A program made the translations under genes and the position numbers. A stretch of 58,746 nucleotides of DNA, the filler included, from Nemertoderma westbladi (taxonomy: Eukaryota; Animalia; Xenacoelomorpha), in assembly GCA_032718475.1 (NCBI GenBank). It is 3 parts of 3 records of this genome, joined end to end, with 100 filler letters (N's around TTAATTAATTAA, not from the genome) between each part and the next. Parts side by side here need not be neighbours in the genome. Positions count along the whole stretch, not along the records: positions 1 to 31,937 come from JAUCBJ010008962.1; 2 more parts are not named here. The stretch is one strand, 5' to 3'. A model generated the notes under the pieces. That model did not search any database. It had not been told where the DNA came from and was given only the letters and a program-made list of their open reading frames with translations. This document shows positions 11,495-22,839 of the stretch, piece after piece (within the stretch, counting starts at the first letter, position 1; each line of letters opens with the position of its first letter).

Positions 11495-14281
11495 TTACGG
11501 ATCTAACTCTTCCATCCCAGTCCAACCTGTTGGACAACTCAGCGACCCAAGGGGTGATTCCTCCAGCAGGCAACTCTCCCACTGCCCCCCTATAGGTTCT
11601 CTAATTCTTCGCTCCGCTCTCCTTGTCAATTCGATAGGTGGTCTTTTCTCCTGTTTTTGGAAATGCTGTCTGCTATTTATGTTTCTGATCTCGTGGTCGT
11701 CCCTTGGCGGCAAAGTGCCACCCTTCAACGTGTCACCCGGCGGTATAATGCCGCCCCTGTTCTTCTCCTTAATCTTAGATGCCACCTCTGCTGGCCTCCC
11801 CCTTAATATGTGTGCTGGCATTAAAGGCCTCGACGACCCCCGTTCGTCCTTCGGTATACACGGTCTCTGCCCATGTAATGCCCCCTCACACTCTGTCAGT
11901 CCCGCGTGCGTATGCAGCACGCCTCCTACTCTCCCGGCTCCTTTGTCCACCATATGTTTATTCATGGGCTTCTCTGCCCCTGGTCTGATCGTCTCACATC
12001 TTCTCCCTTTCCATCTTGTATTCTTACTCGGCTTCCCCCTTGTCGGTATGCCTCTCAACCGGACCGGCGTCTCTTCCGGACGCTCCTCTGGACACTCCAC
12101 CGGACACTTCTCCGGTTTGTCCTCCCGACACTCCACCGTCCGCTCCTCTCCATCTCCATACCGATACTTGCTGGGACCCTTATTCCAACCCATCGTCTCT
12201 AGATCTTCTGCATCCATACCATTCTCCTCCGCCCACTCTCTTGGTGTTGCTTCTACTTCTAGCTGTCTACCACTATTGCCCATCTCTGGCCTCTCCTCTA
12301 TCTCGTCAGTTCCTGGCACCATGCATCCTGAACTCTCAGACACATGGAATGGTATATTACTCTTAATTGGGCCTGTCAGTGTCCACCCGAATGGTGTTAA
12401 TATGGCCACCGGGTCACTCTGCTTGTCTTCGCCGAAGACCGTTTGCATTCTTTCGTGGGCCGTTGGGCAGTCCATACCTACTATGATGGATACCTTCCTA
12501 ACGTCCACGTCTGGGATTGAGAAGTCAATGTCGTCCAGGAATTTATACTGCTCGACCTCGATGTTGGTTGGTCGCCTGGCATTGATATTAATTGACTCTA
12601 TCACTTGGATGGGGTCGATGGTTGCCCCATAGTCGCATCCTGGTGCCACTGCTGCAATTGCGCACCGTCCTGTTCTCATCTCCAGGATCTCATCTTTGCT
12701 AGAGATGGTTGTTACCGCCATCCTGCTTGGCCTCGTTCTCAATCCTATCTCTTCGGCCACCCATTCCTCGACTAATGTGAAGGCAGCTCCACTATCAACC
12801 AGCATTAGTGTTGTTACTGATCGATTGCCTTCCCCGATCACTCGCACTGGTACTACTCCAAGTAACACCGTTCCCCTCTTCTTCGCCCCTACTGTGCTCG
12901 TCGCCATCGTTTGGCCTCTCCTTTGACCAAATTTTATTGGCTTCTCCTTGCACTCCCTTGCTCTATGTCCACTCATTACACATCGCGAGCAGATTTTATT
13001 GCTGAACGCATAATCTATCTGATCTTGCCTAGGTAGCGCCTGCCAGTACCTGCAGTTCATGGTTTGATGAAGCGCATTTGCGTGTAGCTGGCATTTGCTC
13101 TTTGGGTCGTAGCCCTCTTTATACAGTGCATTGCGTATCGCAGTTGCGTTTGTACCAAAGTCCCTACTATTCTTATTGTTTGGATTTAGCCTACTGGACG
13201 TACTGGGGTTATGTTTATTCGTGCTGTTATTGTTCCCCTGTCCGTTCCATGGTGTTGTCTCATCTTCGGCTAGCTGTGGACTTGCAGTCCCCTGCGTCGC
13301 TGCATATGGCAATGATTGCCTGAGTCTCGGTAATGCGTTTGATGTGTTGTGCTCTGGTTTCGGTCTATGGTAGTCTGTCTTCGGTCCCTTTCCCAGGCTA
13401 TCTTCGCTATAGACTGGGTCAGTTATTAGTTCAGCCTCGTAGTTTAAGAAGTTTGACATTTCTTCTAAACCCGGTTCCGCACCCTTCTTGTCTCGAGTGG
13501 AGAAAGCAATTTTCCTCCACTTGTTGCGCATCCAACTCGGTAGTGCCTGCGCTATCGTGGTGATGTTATTGGACGCATTGAGCTCGTATGGCGCGTCTAG
13601 CGTCTTCAGCACGATCAGCGCCTTTTCGACTTTGTTAGCGAACGTCTTAATGCTAACGGGATTATCCTGTAGGCCACCCGATGTTATGCCCCTCAGCGTC
13701 TGCCTGATGATCTTGGCCGGGTGCCCGTATTCCCTATCCAGTGCCCGCCATGCTGTCGTGAAGCCGCCCTCTATTCCTTGATATTGCCTCACGATATCGT
13801 ATGCTGGGCCTCCCGTGTATACTTGCAGATACTTTAGGCACTCCGCCTGCGTCAAGTTTTTTGTTAGTATTTCGTTACTATACATGCGCCGAAACTGTAG
13901 ATATTCTTCCGGCCTACTCCCATCGAATTTGAATGGTTCCACGGGTGGTAGCTCGATCCTCGTTTTCAACGCATCGATCAACGTGGCCATCCCCATCGCC
14001 TGCGCTTCCAATGGATTCGACGGGTGCTGTATAGTTTCTCCTGTCTGGTGCGGTTCGTCCGTCCTATTTCTTGACTTTCTCTGACTTGGGTATGTCATCG
14101 GGGGTAGCGGCCCCCTCCATATTTCTGTGTCACACGACCTATTCTCATCCAAGGGTCTCGTTGTTCTTGCTCCTATCGGGGTATATTGTTGATATTGTGA
14201 TGGGGGAATGTCACCCTGTCCCCCCCCCCCACCGGTATGTTTGGTACTGGGGTTGATGTTAATATGTTGGGGCCCATACAC
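11495..14281 (-). CDS. BEL/Pao Gag (DUF1759-like capsid, Cys/His knuckles) plus aspartic protease; no RT follows
   Basis: FKFDGSRPEEYLQFRRMY..ECLKYLQVYTGGPAYDIV..AWRALDREYGHP; CQLH..H..C and CSRCVMSGHRAREC; protease VVPVRV..TLMLVDSGAAFTLV..SIIVGMD..TPFGWTLTGP; remainder low-complexity with no YxDD RT motif recognised. Confidence 0.9.
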   Translation of the reverse strand: MYGPQHININPSTKHTGGGGGQGDIPPSQYQQYTPIGARTTRPLDENRSCDTEIWRGPLPPMTYPSQRKSRNRTDEPHQTGETIQHPSNPLEAQAMGMATLIDALKTRIELPPVEPFKFDGSRPEEYLQFRRMYSNEILTKNLTQAECLKYLQVYTGGPAYDIVRQYQGIEGGFTTAWRALDREYGHPAKIIRQTLRGITSGGLQDNPVSIKTFANKVEKALIVLKTLDAPYELNASNNITTIAQALPSWMRNKWRKIAFSTRDKKGAEPGLEEMSNFLNYEAELITDPVYSEDSLGKGPKTDYHRPKPEHNTSNALPRLRQSLPYAATQGTASPQLAEDETTPWNGQGNNNSTNKHNPSTSSRLNPNNKNSRDFGTNATAIRNALYKEGYDPKSKCQLHANALHQTMNCRYWQALPRQDQIDYAFSNKICSRCVMSGHRARECKEKPIKFGQRRGQTMATSTVGAKKRGTVLLGVVPVRVIGEGNRSVTTLMLVDSGAAFTLVEEWVAEEIGLRTRPSRMAVTTISSKDEILEMRTGRCAIAAVAPGCDYGATIDPIQVIESININARRPTNIEVEQYKFLDDIDFSIPDVDVRKVSIIVGMDCPTAHERMQTVFGEDKQSDPVAILTPFGWTLTGPIKSNIPFHVSESSGCMVPGTDEIEERPEMGNSGRQLEVEATPREWAEENGMDAEDLETMGWNKGPSKYRYGDGEERTVECREDKPEKCPVECPEERPEETPVRLRGIPTRGKPSKNTRWKGRRCETIRPGAEKPMNKHMVDKGAGRVGGVLHTHAGLTECEGALHGQRPCIPKDERGSSRPLMPAHILRGRPAEVASKIKEKNRGGIIPPGDTLKGGTLPPRDDHEIRNINSRQHFQKQEKRPPIELTRRAERRIREPIGGQWESCLLEESPLGSLSCPTGWTGMEELDP

Positions 14282-17200
14282 CTATCCGCAATAATTCCCC
14301 CCTCCCCTGGGTATATGTTATGTCCCTGCATGCTGTAGTCATACTGCTGTACTGGTACCGGTATAGGCCTATCAGCTTCTGGCCTACTCGCCGGTATGTA
14401 TTCCGCGACTTCCGGGTTTAATCCCGTTGTCCACGCTATCCTATCGCCTACATTGCCTCTCTCAGTATGGCCTATGGTATGTGCAGTAAGGCCTACAGTA
14501 TGTCCTACAGTCTGCATGTGTCGCTCGGGATCGAAGTTTATTCTTCTCGAATAATCCTCCCCGCGGCTACCGTATTCTCGATCGGTAGGTATATTCCGTC
14601 GGAAAGTTTCTCTTCGACCCCCCTCTCTACTGTTCTCATCTTCGTACCGGTACATCGCGTACCCCTCTCTCGGCGCGTAGTGCGCCTCGCCGGGTCGCAT
14701 CTCTCCGGGGCGACGGCAATCTCCCGGAGTCCGACCCCACTGACTCTCCGTTCTCATCTCGACTACCGACGGCTCGCTATCCGTCCTCGCTCTTCTATCG
14801 TTCGCGGCGATACCTCTACTACTGTCTTCTCTTCTTCTCCTTTCAGTGGAGTATTCCCGCTCGTGAGATCTCTCGTCGACCTCCCGGTTAAACCCCACTG
14901 TTCTTCTTCCCTCTTCTGATCGGGCTCGACGCTTCGTCCGCCCTCTCACGACGTCAACCTGTCTCTCTCTGCTCGGTCGCACGCCGCTGGGGATACTCGC
15001 AATCCCCCTATTACTTTCCGTCGCCGGTTGTTGCGGTTTACCTATTTCGGCCCTGCGCATTATCCGCTGACGGCTGTGGGGCACTCTCTGCCCCCCCCCC
15101 CTTTCGCCGCTAACTCGCTGTTGTGGGGCTCTCGTAGCCCCCCCCCCCCCACTCGCCACATCTAACTTCGCTATCTCTCATCCCGCCACCATATCCCTCT
15201 CCAGTCGACACATCAACCCTACCGCGGTCGGGTCTATTCACCCCCGCCTCTCTCTCTGCTATCGCGTGGCCTACCAGGCCCTCTGCTCCCTGCCTACCGA
15301 CTATGTGGCCTACCAGGCCCTCGCTGGGTCTATTCAACCCAGCCACTCCCTGCCTACCGACTATATGGCCTACCAGGCCCTCGCTGGGTCTATTCAACCC
15401 AGCCACTCCCTGCCTACCAACTACGTGGCCTACCAGGCCCTCGCTGGGTCCATCCAACCCAGCCACTCCCTGCCTACCAACTACGTGGCCTACCAGGCCC
15501 TCGCCGGGTCTACCTAACCCAGCCACTCCCTGCCTACCAACTACGTGGCCTACCAGGCCCTCGCCGGGTCTACCTAACCCAGCTACTTCCGGCCTACTAA
15601 CTACGTGGCCTATCAGGGCCCCATCTGTCTGGCCATATACGCCCGACGTGTTTACATTAATAGCATCCGTATTGGAAACGGAATTAATTTGTTCGTTCGA
15701 AATAAAATCATTTGAATTATCTTGCGCGACTACACTATCTGAATTATTTTGTAAATTCGGGCTCGCTGAATTATTTAAGTTATTTGGATTATTTTGTGTA
15801 ATTGCATTACTTAAATTATTTTGTAAGTTCGAATTTGGGTTATTACTTTGATTATTTGGATTATTTTGCGTAGCTACATTAATATTAGAATTATTTTCTA
15901 CATTAATATTAGGAATGTCCTGATTTAAATTTAAATTACTACCACTAGGCAAAGTATTTCCTGCAATAAAGGTTTGATTAGAATCATCCCATACGGTACT
16001 ATTAATATTAACCACGTCTACTGTACCATTAACATTATTACCCCCCCCCCCCCCCCCCCGCCCGTACGGTCACACCAGTTTTGGGTCTGTCGTGCGGTCC
16101 CTGTAAGTGGGGTATTAATAAATTTATCCACGGCCCCTGGCTCCTCTAAAATACTCGAGCCTGTCTCGCTCTCAGACGCCCCCGCCCGCACCAGTTGCAG
16201 CTCGTGCGCGCGTCTAACCCTATGTTCCCCAAGCTCACTTTGGCGTCTCTTTAATTCCTCATGGTCTCGCTCGGCTCCTGCCATTCTCCTCTCACACTCC
16301 CGCGTGTCCCGCTCAGCCAACTCTACTACTTTCCTAGCACTCTCCCTTCGCCTCGCTTCACGCTCCTTACGTTCACTTTCCTTTCTCGCCTCATGCTCCT
16401 TGCGTTCCGCCTCACGCTCTTTGCGTTCCTTTTCCTCCCTTGCCTCACGCTCCTAGCGTTCCCTTTCTTCCCTTGCCCCACGCTCCTTGCGTTCCCTTTC
16501 TTCTCTCGCCTCATGCTCCTTGCGTTCCGCCTCGCGCTCTTTGCGTTCCCTTTCCTCTCTCGCCTCACGTTCCCTACACTCCTTTTCCTCTATTTCCTCA
16601 CACTCCCTAAGGCCTCTCAAAGCCCTTTCGGCCCTCTCTCCGGTTTCTCTAATCAATGCCGCTTCCCTCTCTAGCCGCATTCTCCCCTCCTCTAGCCGTT
16701 TATCCATTTCCCTCTGACCTTGCTCTATCAGCTCGAGACGGTACGCGGCACCTGCCTCTCTCACCAGTCTTTCTTTCGCGGAGGATGTAGCAGACTTATC
16801 GGTTACGACGGACTCCCTCCGCCTTCCCGATCTACTAACTTTCCCCCTCCTCCCGGAACTCCCTCCGACCGACGAGGCCGAATCCTCGGGGTTAACCTCG
16901 GATTCGCCCCCTTCAGGTCTGTTCCAACCCATTAATTTTATACCCCGGGCATCGATTAAATATGGCCCTATGTACACTACACTAGGTTGTATACCCCCAT
17001 GCCGCCATGAGTCATACAGTTCCTCGGCAACCTTTCTCGCTCTCTCCTCGGCCAATTCTCTCTGCCCGAAACGCATTAGATAGTATAAATGTCTGTCCGA
17101 CTTACCTAGTCCTGACTTCAGTTTTACCTCGTCTATCGTTTTCCCCTTTCTGGCCTCCTCTAGTAGTCTCCGGGTCGCGTTGTAGGCCCGTCGAAGTCGC

Positions 17201-17673
17201 TCAGAAACCCCGACGTCCTCGTCGCCGACCTCTCGTCCGTCTCTCCGGGTTCGACGTCGTACCGGCGGCCCCACCGTCGCCGTTCCGGCGGGCCGTCCGT
17301 CGCCCTCGGCCTGTGGCTGGCCGGCGACATCGGTACCGATATCTCCTTCGTCTCTCTGCGTCCGGGCGCTCGCACCGTCGGCCCCACCGTCGCCGTTTCG
17401 GTGGGCCGCTCGTCGCCCTCGGCCTGTGGCTGGCCGGCGACACCGGTGCGTCGACCCCCGTCCCGTGTCGACTCGTCTCCTTCTCCCTCGAGCTCGTTCT
17501 CTCTATCCTCCGACTCGACCTCGGGTTCCAGGCCCTCCCTCGTCCTGAACTGCCGGATGACCCGTTACCGATGGGTCCGGCGTCGTGGGCCTATATCGCC
17601 TGGTTGCGGCCTCGCGGATCGTTAGCTCTTCGTCCGGGGTCCGCGTCGGTGTTATCTCACCCGACTGACTCAT
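14173..17673 (-). pseudogene. Frameshift-broken N-terminal extension of Gag (chain of ORFs 16453-17274, 16018-16320, 15110-16015, 14173-15159)
   Basis: Consecutive overlapping minus-strand ORFs switch frame near poly-G runs (~16042-16059, ~15138-15150, ~14221-14230); a single-base stop at 16453 interrupts an EREAREERE coiled-coil repeat; Asn-rich segment and 20-aa repeats. Confidence 0.6.
15265..15620 (-). repeat. 60-bp coding tandem repeat (GLVGHVVGRQGVAGLNRPSE) x ~6
   Basis: Direct repeats cgtggcctaccaggccctcgctgggtctattcaacccagccactccctgcctacc. Confidence 0.9.
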
Positions 17674-17732
17674 CTTTCCTTCTGCAGATTTGGTGGCTGG
17701 TGGTTACTGAGTTTATCTAGGGCGGCAGCTGG

Positions 17733-17741
17733 TTTAGTTAC
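17733..17741 (-). promoter_or_regulatory. Non-tRNA primer-binding site (GTAACTAAA), complementary to LTR 17905-17913
   Basis: No TGG follows the 5' LTR; the first 9 nt after the LTR are the exact reverse complement of TTTAGTTAC in the LTR sense strand. Confidence 0.65.
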
Positions 17742-18279
17742 TGTGACGGGATCCAAGAGGGATCCCGGTTTATCCGGTTTTAGTTCACGCGTCCCCGCCG
17801 TGTATAAAGAGTAAATGAGTTTGTGCTGTTTGTCGTATATAATATGATATGCAGATATAGATATAGATATAGATAATATTGTCGTATATGGAAGGCGGGA
17901 TACGGTAACTAAAGTCCCGGTCCTTCCCTATCTAAAACTATGTAACCTAATCTAGCACCGGTATTGCACTGAGATAACTGAATTGGTATGATTACTGCCA
18001 AGTGGCTATATTGCACGGTTGGCCTTGTTACTCTACCTAATCGATGCCTTTCCCCCCTCTGATTGGTTGATACCCTTGTTGGCGCCCTTTGGAGTGTTCC
18101 CGTTCACTCCACCTATTCTCTCTGGGTTAGGGGTTTGGCCCCTGACCCTCATTGTGTGCTTCTCCTTCCCATTCTTATTGGGATGCCACGAGTTGGTTAA
18201 TTACCCAATCTCGTGGCTCCCAATATTGCTTATCGGCTTATAACTTTATGGGGTGTTAGCGGGATTGAATAAGCTAACA
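17742..18279 (-). repeat. 5' LTR of element 6460-18279
   Basis: Copy of 6460-7008; U5-end hairpin cgggatcc-aagag-ggatcccg. Confidence 0.95.
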
Positions 18280-19400
18280 GCCGTTTAAGTTGGAGTCTCA
18301 GGGTTAGAGAATGTGTCCCAATGTGATCCGTCCCAACCCTCCCTCCCGTAGACGCCGTTTAGGTTGGAGTCTCAGGGTTAGAGAATGTGTCCCAATGTGA
18401 TCCCTCCCAACCCTCCTTCCCGTAGACGCCGTTTAGGTTGGAGTAGCTGCACTCCCGATACCACCAAGCCCCGTTGTGGTAGTCGGCGGCGCAGTTTCCG
18501 GAATGAGGATTGTTATCGCGGTCTTTAGTTGAGAACGGTTGTCCTCACTCAATGGACAACCTTTCTCAACTATAGATAGTGATAACGTCCCGATTACTCC
18601 CCACCGGGACTCCCATAAAGCAGCTGTACCGCTGTACCCAGATATATGTAGCTTAGAGTTATCAGTAGAGTCACCAATACTGAAGTAATACTCAGCGTAC
18701 TTGTGTGTGAATAGCATCCAAACCTAGAAAAAACTCCCTCTCCTCATCACCAAATCCTGTTACATAACTGGTCCAATCGCGATAGAAGTCTTTTTATCCA
18801 ACTACCCGCCTCTGTATCACTGTATGAATAACCACTGACCTCCATGGACTGAGTTGTCACATCTAATGGGACCGTCTAACCCAATTAGTATGGCGGATGG
18901 CTGACGAAGGTGATAGAAGGTTTTTAAGGTTTAGGTTTTTAAACAAAACAACACTGGGTGAAGCTGCAACCTGCAATCCTCCCTCAACATTTTCTCTATC
19001 TCGTTATTACTTTATTCAGCAATAGTATGATACAATTTCCCAATATCTTCCGTGAATGACATTATTATTTTGAACTGTAATCTGCTTTATCGCTTCTTTG
19101 TTGTCCAAGTCCCTCATCTGATCAGTAAATTTATGTTGAAGTAAATAAAATGAAGTTAATTTTGCCGCTCCTAACAACGCTACCAAGATCCCACCAACAA
19201 CCCCAACCCACCATCTTCTAACTGAAACAACTCATCGCTCAGTAACTGTTTTATTGCGTTCTAGAATATACTGTGACGTATGTTGTGGAATTGGGTTATC
19301 CGGTATGACGTCATGGACACTTTTCGGTTGTTGTATTTGTTCGTTTAAAATTGATTGCTTTTTGAGATTTCGTTTAATTTCGAGAATTTTAACCGAAATT
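18280..19400 (-). pseudogene. Type II membrane fibrinogen-related-domain pseudogene (FIBCD1-like architecture), 5' part
   Basis: TM-like RRWWVGVVGGILVALLGAAKLTSFYLL; FReD motifs [100 protein letters not shown]; several stops and frameshifts. Confidence 0.88.
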
Positions 19401-20504
19401 AGATAAAAAATGTACTGTAATACGTTTATTTCACTATTTAGTTTACACAAAGTAGATGAACTTTATACAAATAAATAAGGCAATTAGGATGAATAACTTT
19501 CGAATGTTTTCTTTCTACTATTATATATGCTAAGATTGTTGTTATGCTACTGTATTGCAATAATGAACGTGCATTACCTGTATAGTACAGTACAACCTAC
19601 GGAACGGAGCGGAGCCTGCCTAAGACGACATTAAATCCTCGTTTTTTTTACTGAGTATAGATAGATGTCATCTAACTCACTATATTGAGTTAGCGGACAT
19701 GGCTTCAAACTCAATACACTAAGCAACATATTTGCTTTGGAAGTCACCAACTCAGACCTTATTATTCTTTGTGAATTGTGTATGGGGCGAGCCACGAAGT
19801 AAGTTAGCTTAGCATACCTCGTACTTCTAATGAAGTACTTACTGTCTTCTGATTTGGTTTCAAACTTCACGAGGCGTTTTTGATACTTAATCCCTACTTT
19901 TGGTCATGAAACAAACCCCTTTGTACAAGTACGATGTTAATTATTGTTTTAAAATCGTGTATCTTAAATTATGATGATATATTTGTTGTACCCCTTTATA
20001 TTTTACAGAAAATACCAAAGTTAATCTTAACAGCGACCCGAACAGATGAGGTAAAGAGAAGACTTAATAATAACGAAGTAGCAACCCATTCACCATTGGT
20101 GGTGAAATAATGAACAAATTTAATTTATTTTAAATATGTGTGTTATTAATAATATTGTCATCTACTAATTTAAGTAATTAATATACAGAGCCTACGTTTA
20201 TTAATATTTCAAACATTTTGTTGTGATACGGCCTTCTATAAACAACATGCCTGGTACAGTAGCATGTAGGGCTAGAGAGAACTGGAGGCCGATAATGTCG
20301 GGTATTTTGTACTGCACTACTTACACAGATCCTGTTGTTTAGAAGGTTGAGGTTGATGCATAAAAACCCCATATTACAGTATAAGAGGGGTATAATTATG
20401 AATACAATTTAATCAAATCAATTTAATTTCCCGATTAGGGTTCCTACTTTCCAAAAACACCGGCAGTCGAATAATCGCAAAAATCTATTTAGGCTCATTC
20501 CAAA

Positions 20505-22140
20505 GTAAAGTATGGGACATTCGTACACAATTTTGAACTTTGATTGCCTGTACAATGTTATCCACAGCACATATGTGCACAAAATTGTGCTTGGATTGAA
20601 CTTTCGAATATCAGCTTTGATTTCGCGAAGATTATGGCGTGACTTAGTCACTTTTGAGAAAACACCAGCTTGTCCAATTAAGGTAAAGTACGGATTCGTA
20701 CGAAATGGTTTTTTTTATTTTATGATTTCAATTCTATAATTTAGCGAATTGTGCGCAGGTACGGTGTTGAATTGATGTTTAGGATAAAGCTGTATTATTA
20801 AGCTTAAATAAAAATATAAATATAAGACGAATTGCTGCATTGCTAATTTTTTACAGTGTGGTTTGTGTGGTAAAGTATGGGACATTGCTAAGTAAAGTAC
20901 GGGACCTGTACGAATTTTATGGTCAAAATGGTCTCTTACACTTAACCTAACAGTAATTTCTGGATAATTAGTGATAATAAAGTGCAACTAAGTATTTCCA
21001 ACCAAGATATGGATACAAAATGTGGGGCGGCCCACAAATTGACCCGAAGTCTTAGCATATGTGCCCTTGAGGAGTTGTATGTCATCTGTCAAATTTTTGA
21101 CCGCTAATACTGTATAACTCGGTCATTTTTAGATGAAATTAAACCAAACCTGGTACGTATGAAGTCTGTCAAAAGTTTGGAAATAATCTGAAGTTTAAGG
21201 AATTAAAGGTCACATATCAGACAGTCTGTCTGTTGGTACCGATAGTTTCAAAATTTTGATAAAACCGAAATAAGTCCGCCAATCATCGATGAAATATAAC
21301 CAACCTTGGTACACATGTAGTCTGTAAAAAGTTTAGAAATTCTTTCCATTTTTCTGAAAATGTATCAATTACTGTACTTACCAATCTTCTTATCTGCTAA
21401 AAAACTAAATTTTTTGAAATTTGTTGTAAAGTACGGGACTTTACATGCATAAACTCAAAGATTAGTTAACTGATGAATGATTCTTAGTTCAAATACATAC
21501 TTCTATGCTTCCCCCTACTATCACCCTAAAGCATTATAACACTCCTGCCCTCCAGGTTTCATATATTACATTAATACAGTGCACTAAAATGTAATCGCCA
21601 TTATAATGGTAAAGTATGGGACAATTTTCAATTGGCCGTCATGATGTTTCTGAGGGAGTAGATTATGAAACTACAGGTTATTGTTTCTTAAGATGACGCA
21701 ACACAAACGTGCTTTGCATTCCACTGGGTGATTGGGCTGAGTTAGACTACTTCTCTGTGTATAAATTAAAAATTTCACTATTTTAGGTAAAGTATGGGAC
21801 TTTACATGCATAAACCCAAAGATTTCTTGACTGAGGAATGATTCTCAGTTCAAATATAGACTCCTATTCTTACGGCCGATTATGACCTTAGAGTATTATA
21901 TCACTCATGGCTTCACATATTACATTAATACAGTGCACTAATATAATCGCCATTTTAATGGTAAAGTATAGGACAATTTTCAATTGGCCGCCATGATATT
22001 TCTGAGGGAGTGAAGATGAAACTCATTGTATTATACGATGACGCAACACAAACGTGCTTTGCATTCCACTGGGTGATTAGGCTGAGTTACATCTCTGTGA
22101 ATAAACTAAAAATTTCACTATTTTAGGTAAAGTATGGGAC
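20505..22140 (+). repeat. Periodic motif GTAAAGTAYGGGAC (9 copies, mostly ~180-bp spacing), including a ~350-bp tandem duplication (21426-22140)
   Basis: Motif at 20505, 20683, 20870, 20892, 21426, 21609, 21787, 21961, 22127. Confidence 0.8.
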
Positions 22141-22839
22141 ATCACAAGATTAACTTTATCGATTTCATTACAGAGGAATGAAACACTGGTGAAATTAAAT
22201 GAAACCAAAAAAATTCGAAAATGGGTTTGTTTTTGATTTGGTACATGCTCAGAAATGTTAATTTATTGGTCATAGGAAGTGCCTACAGGAAACGAAACTT
22301 TTGCACACTTTTGTTCACATTTTGTGCAGAGCAGGTGCATAATTTGTAATTCGACTATTTTTGATAAACCACCTGTGTTGATACAATTTTTAGCACTGAA
22401 TTCATGAAGTACGATAAATTTTGACCTAAAATAAGTATAAATTCAAAGCTACATCTCATTTTTAGAAATTAGTGGGGAGGTTGACCTTTTCATGGAATGA
22501 GCCTTTAGTGGATAGAAAGACACTTAAAAATAGTGTTGACAGTTGTTGTAGCTCCCCTGAGAGAAGCACCCGAATAGTAGACCCCCGGACAGTAGTCCTT
22601 CGGACAGTAGCCCCCCAAACAGTAGCCCCCGGACAGTAGCCCCCCGAGTTCACCTGAGTAGACTAAAAAATAGTCAGCATCGCTACTAATGTGCAACAGC
22701 TACTGTAAGTATGTTGTGCTACGCTTTTATGCCAGACAACCAGTCAGATGTGCCAGAAATCGACTGCACTCAGGACCAGCTGGCAGCTGCACCACCCTAA
22801 ATAAAAACCAGTGTAGTAATAAAAATGATGATCGTTCTT

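Larger units (their letters stand above)
6460..18279 (-). mobile_element. Non-autonomous BEL/Pao-type LTR retrotransposon (gag-protease plus extra exonuclease/zinc-knuckle ORF; no RT/RNase H/IN)
   Basis: Near-identical TG...CA LTRs at 6460-7008 and 17742-18279; 5-bp TSD GCCGT (6455-6459, 18280-18284); PPT; BEL-type Gag and protease motifs. Confidence 0.93.
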
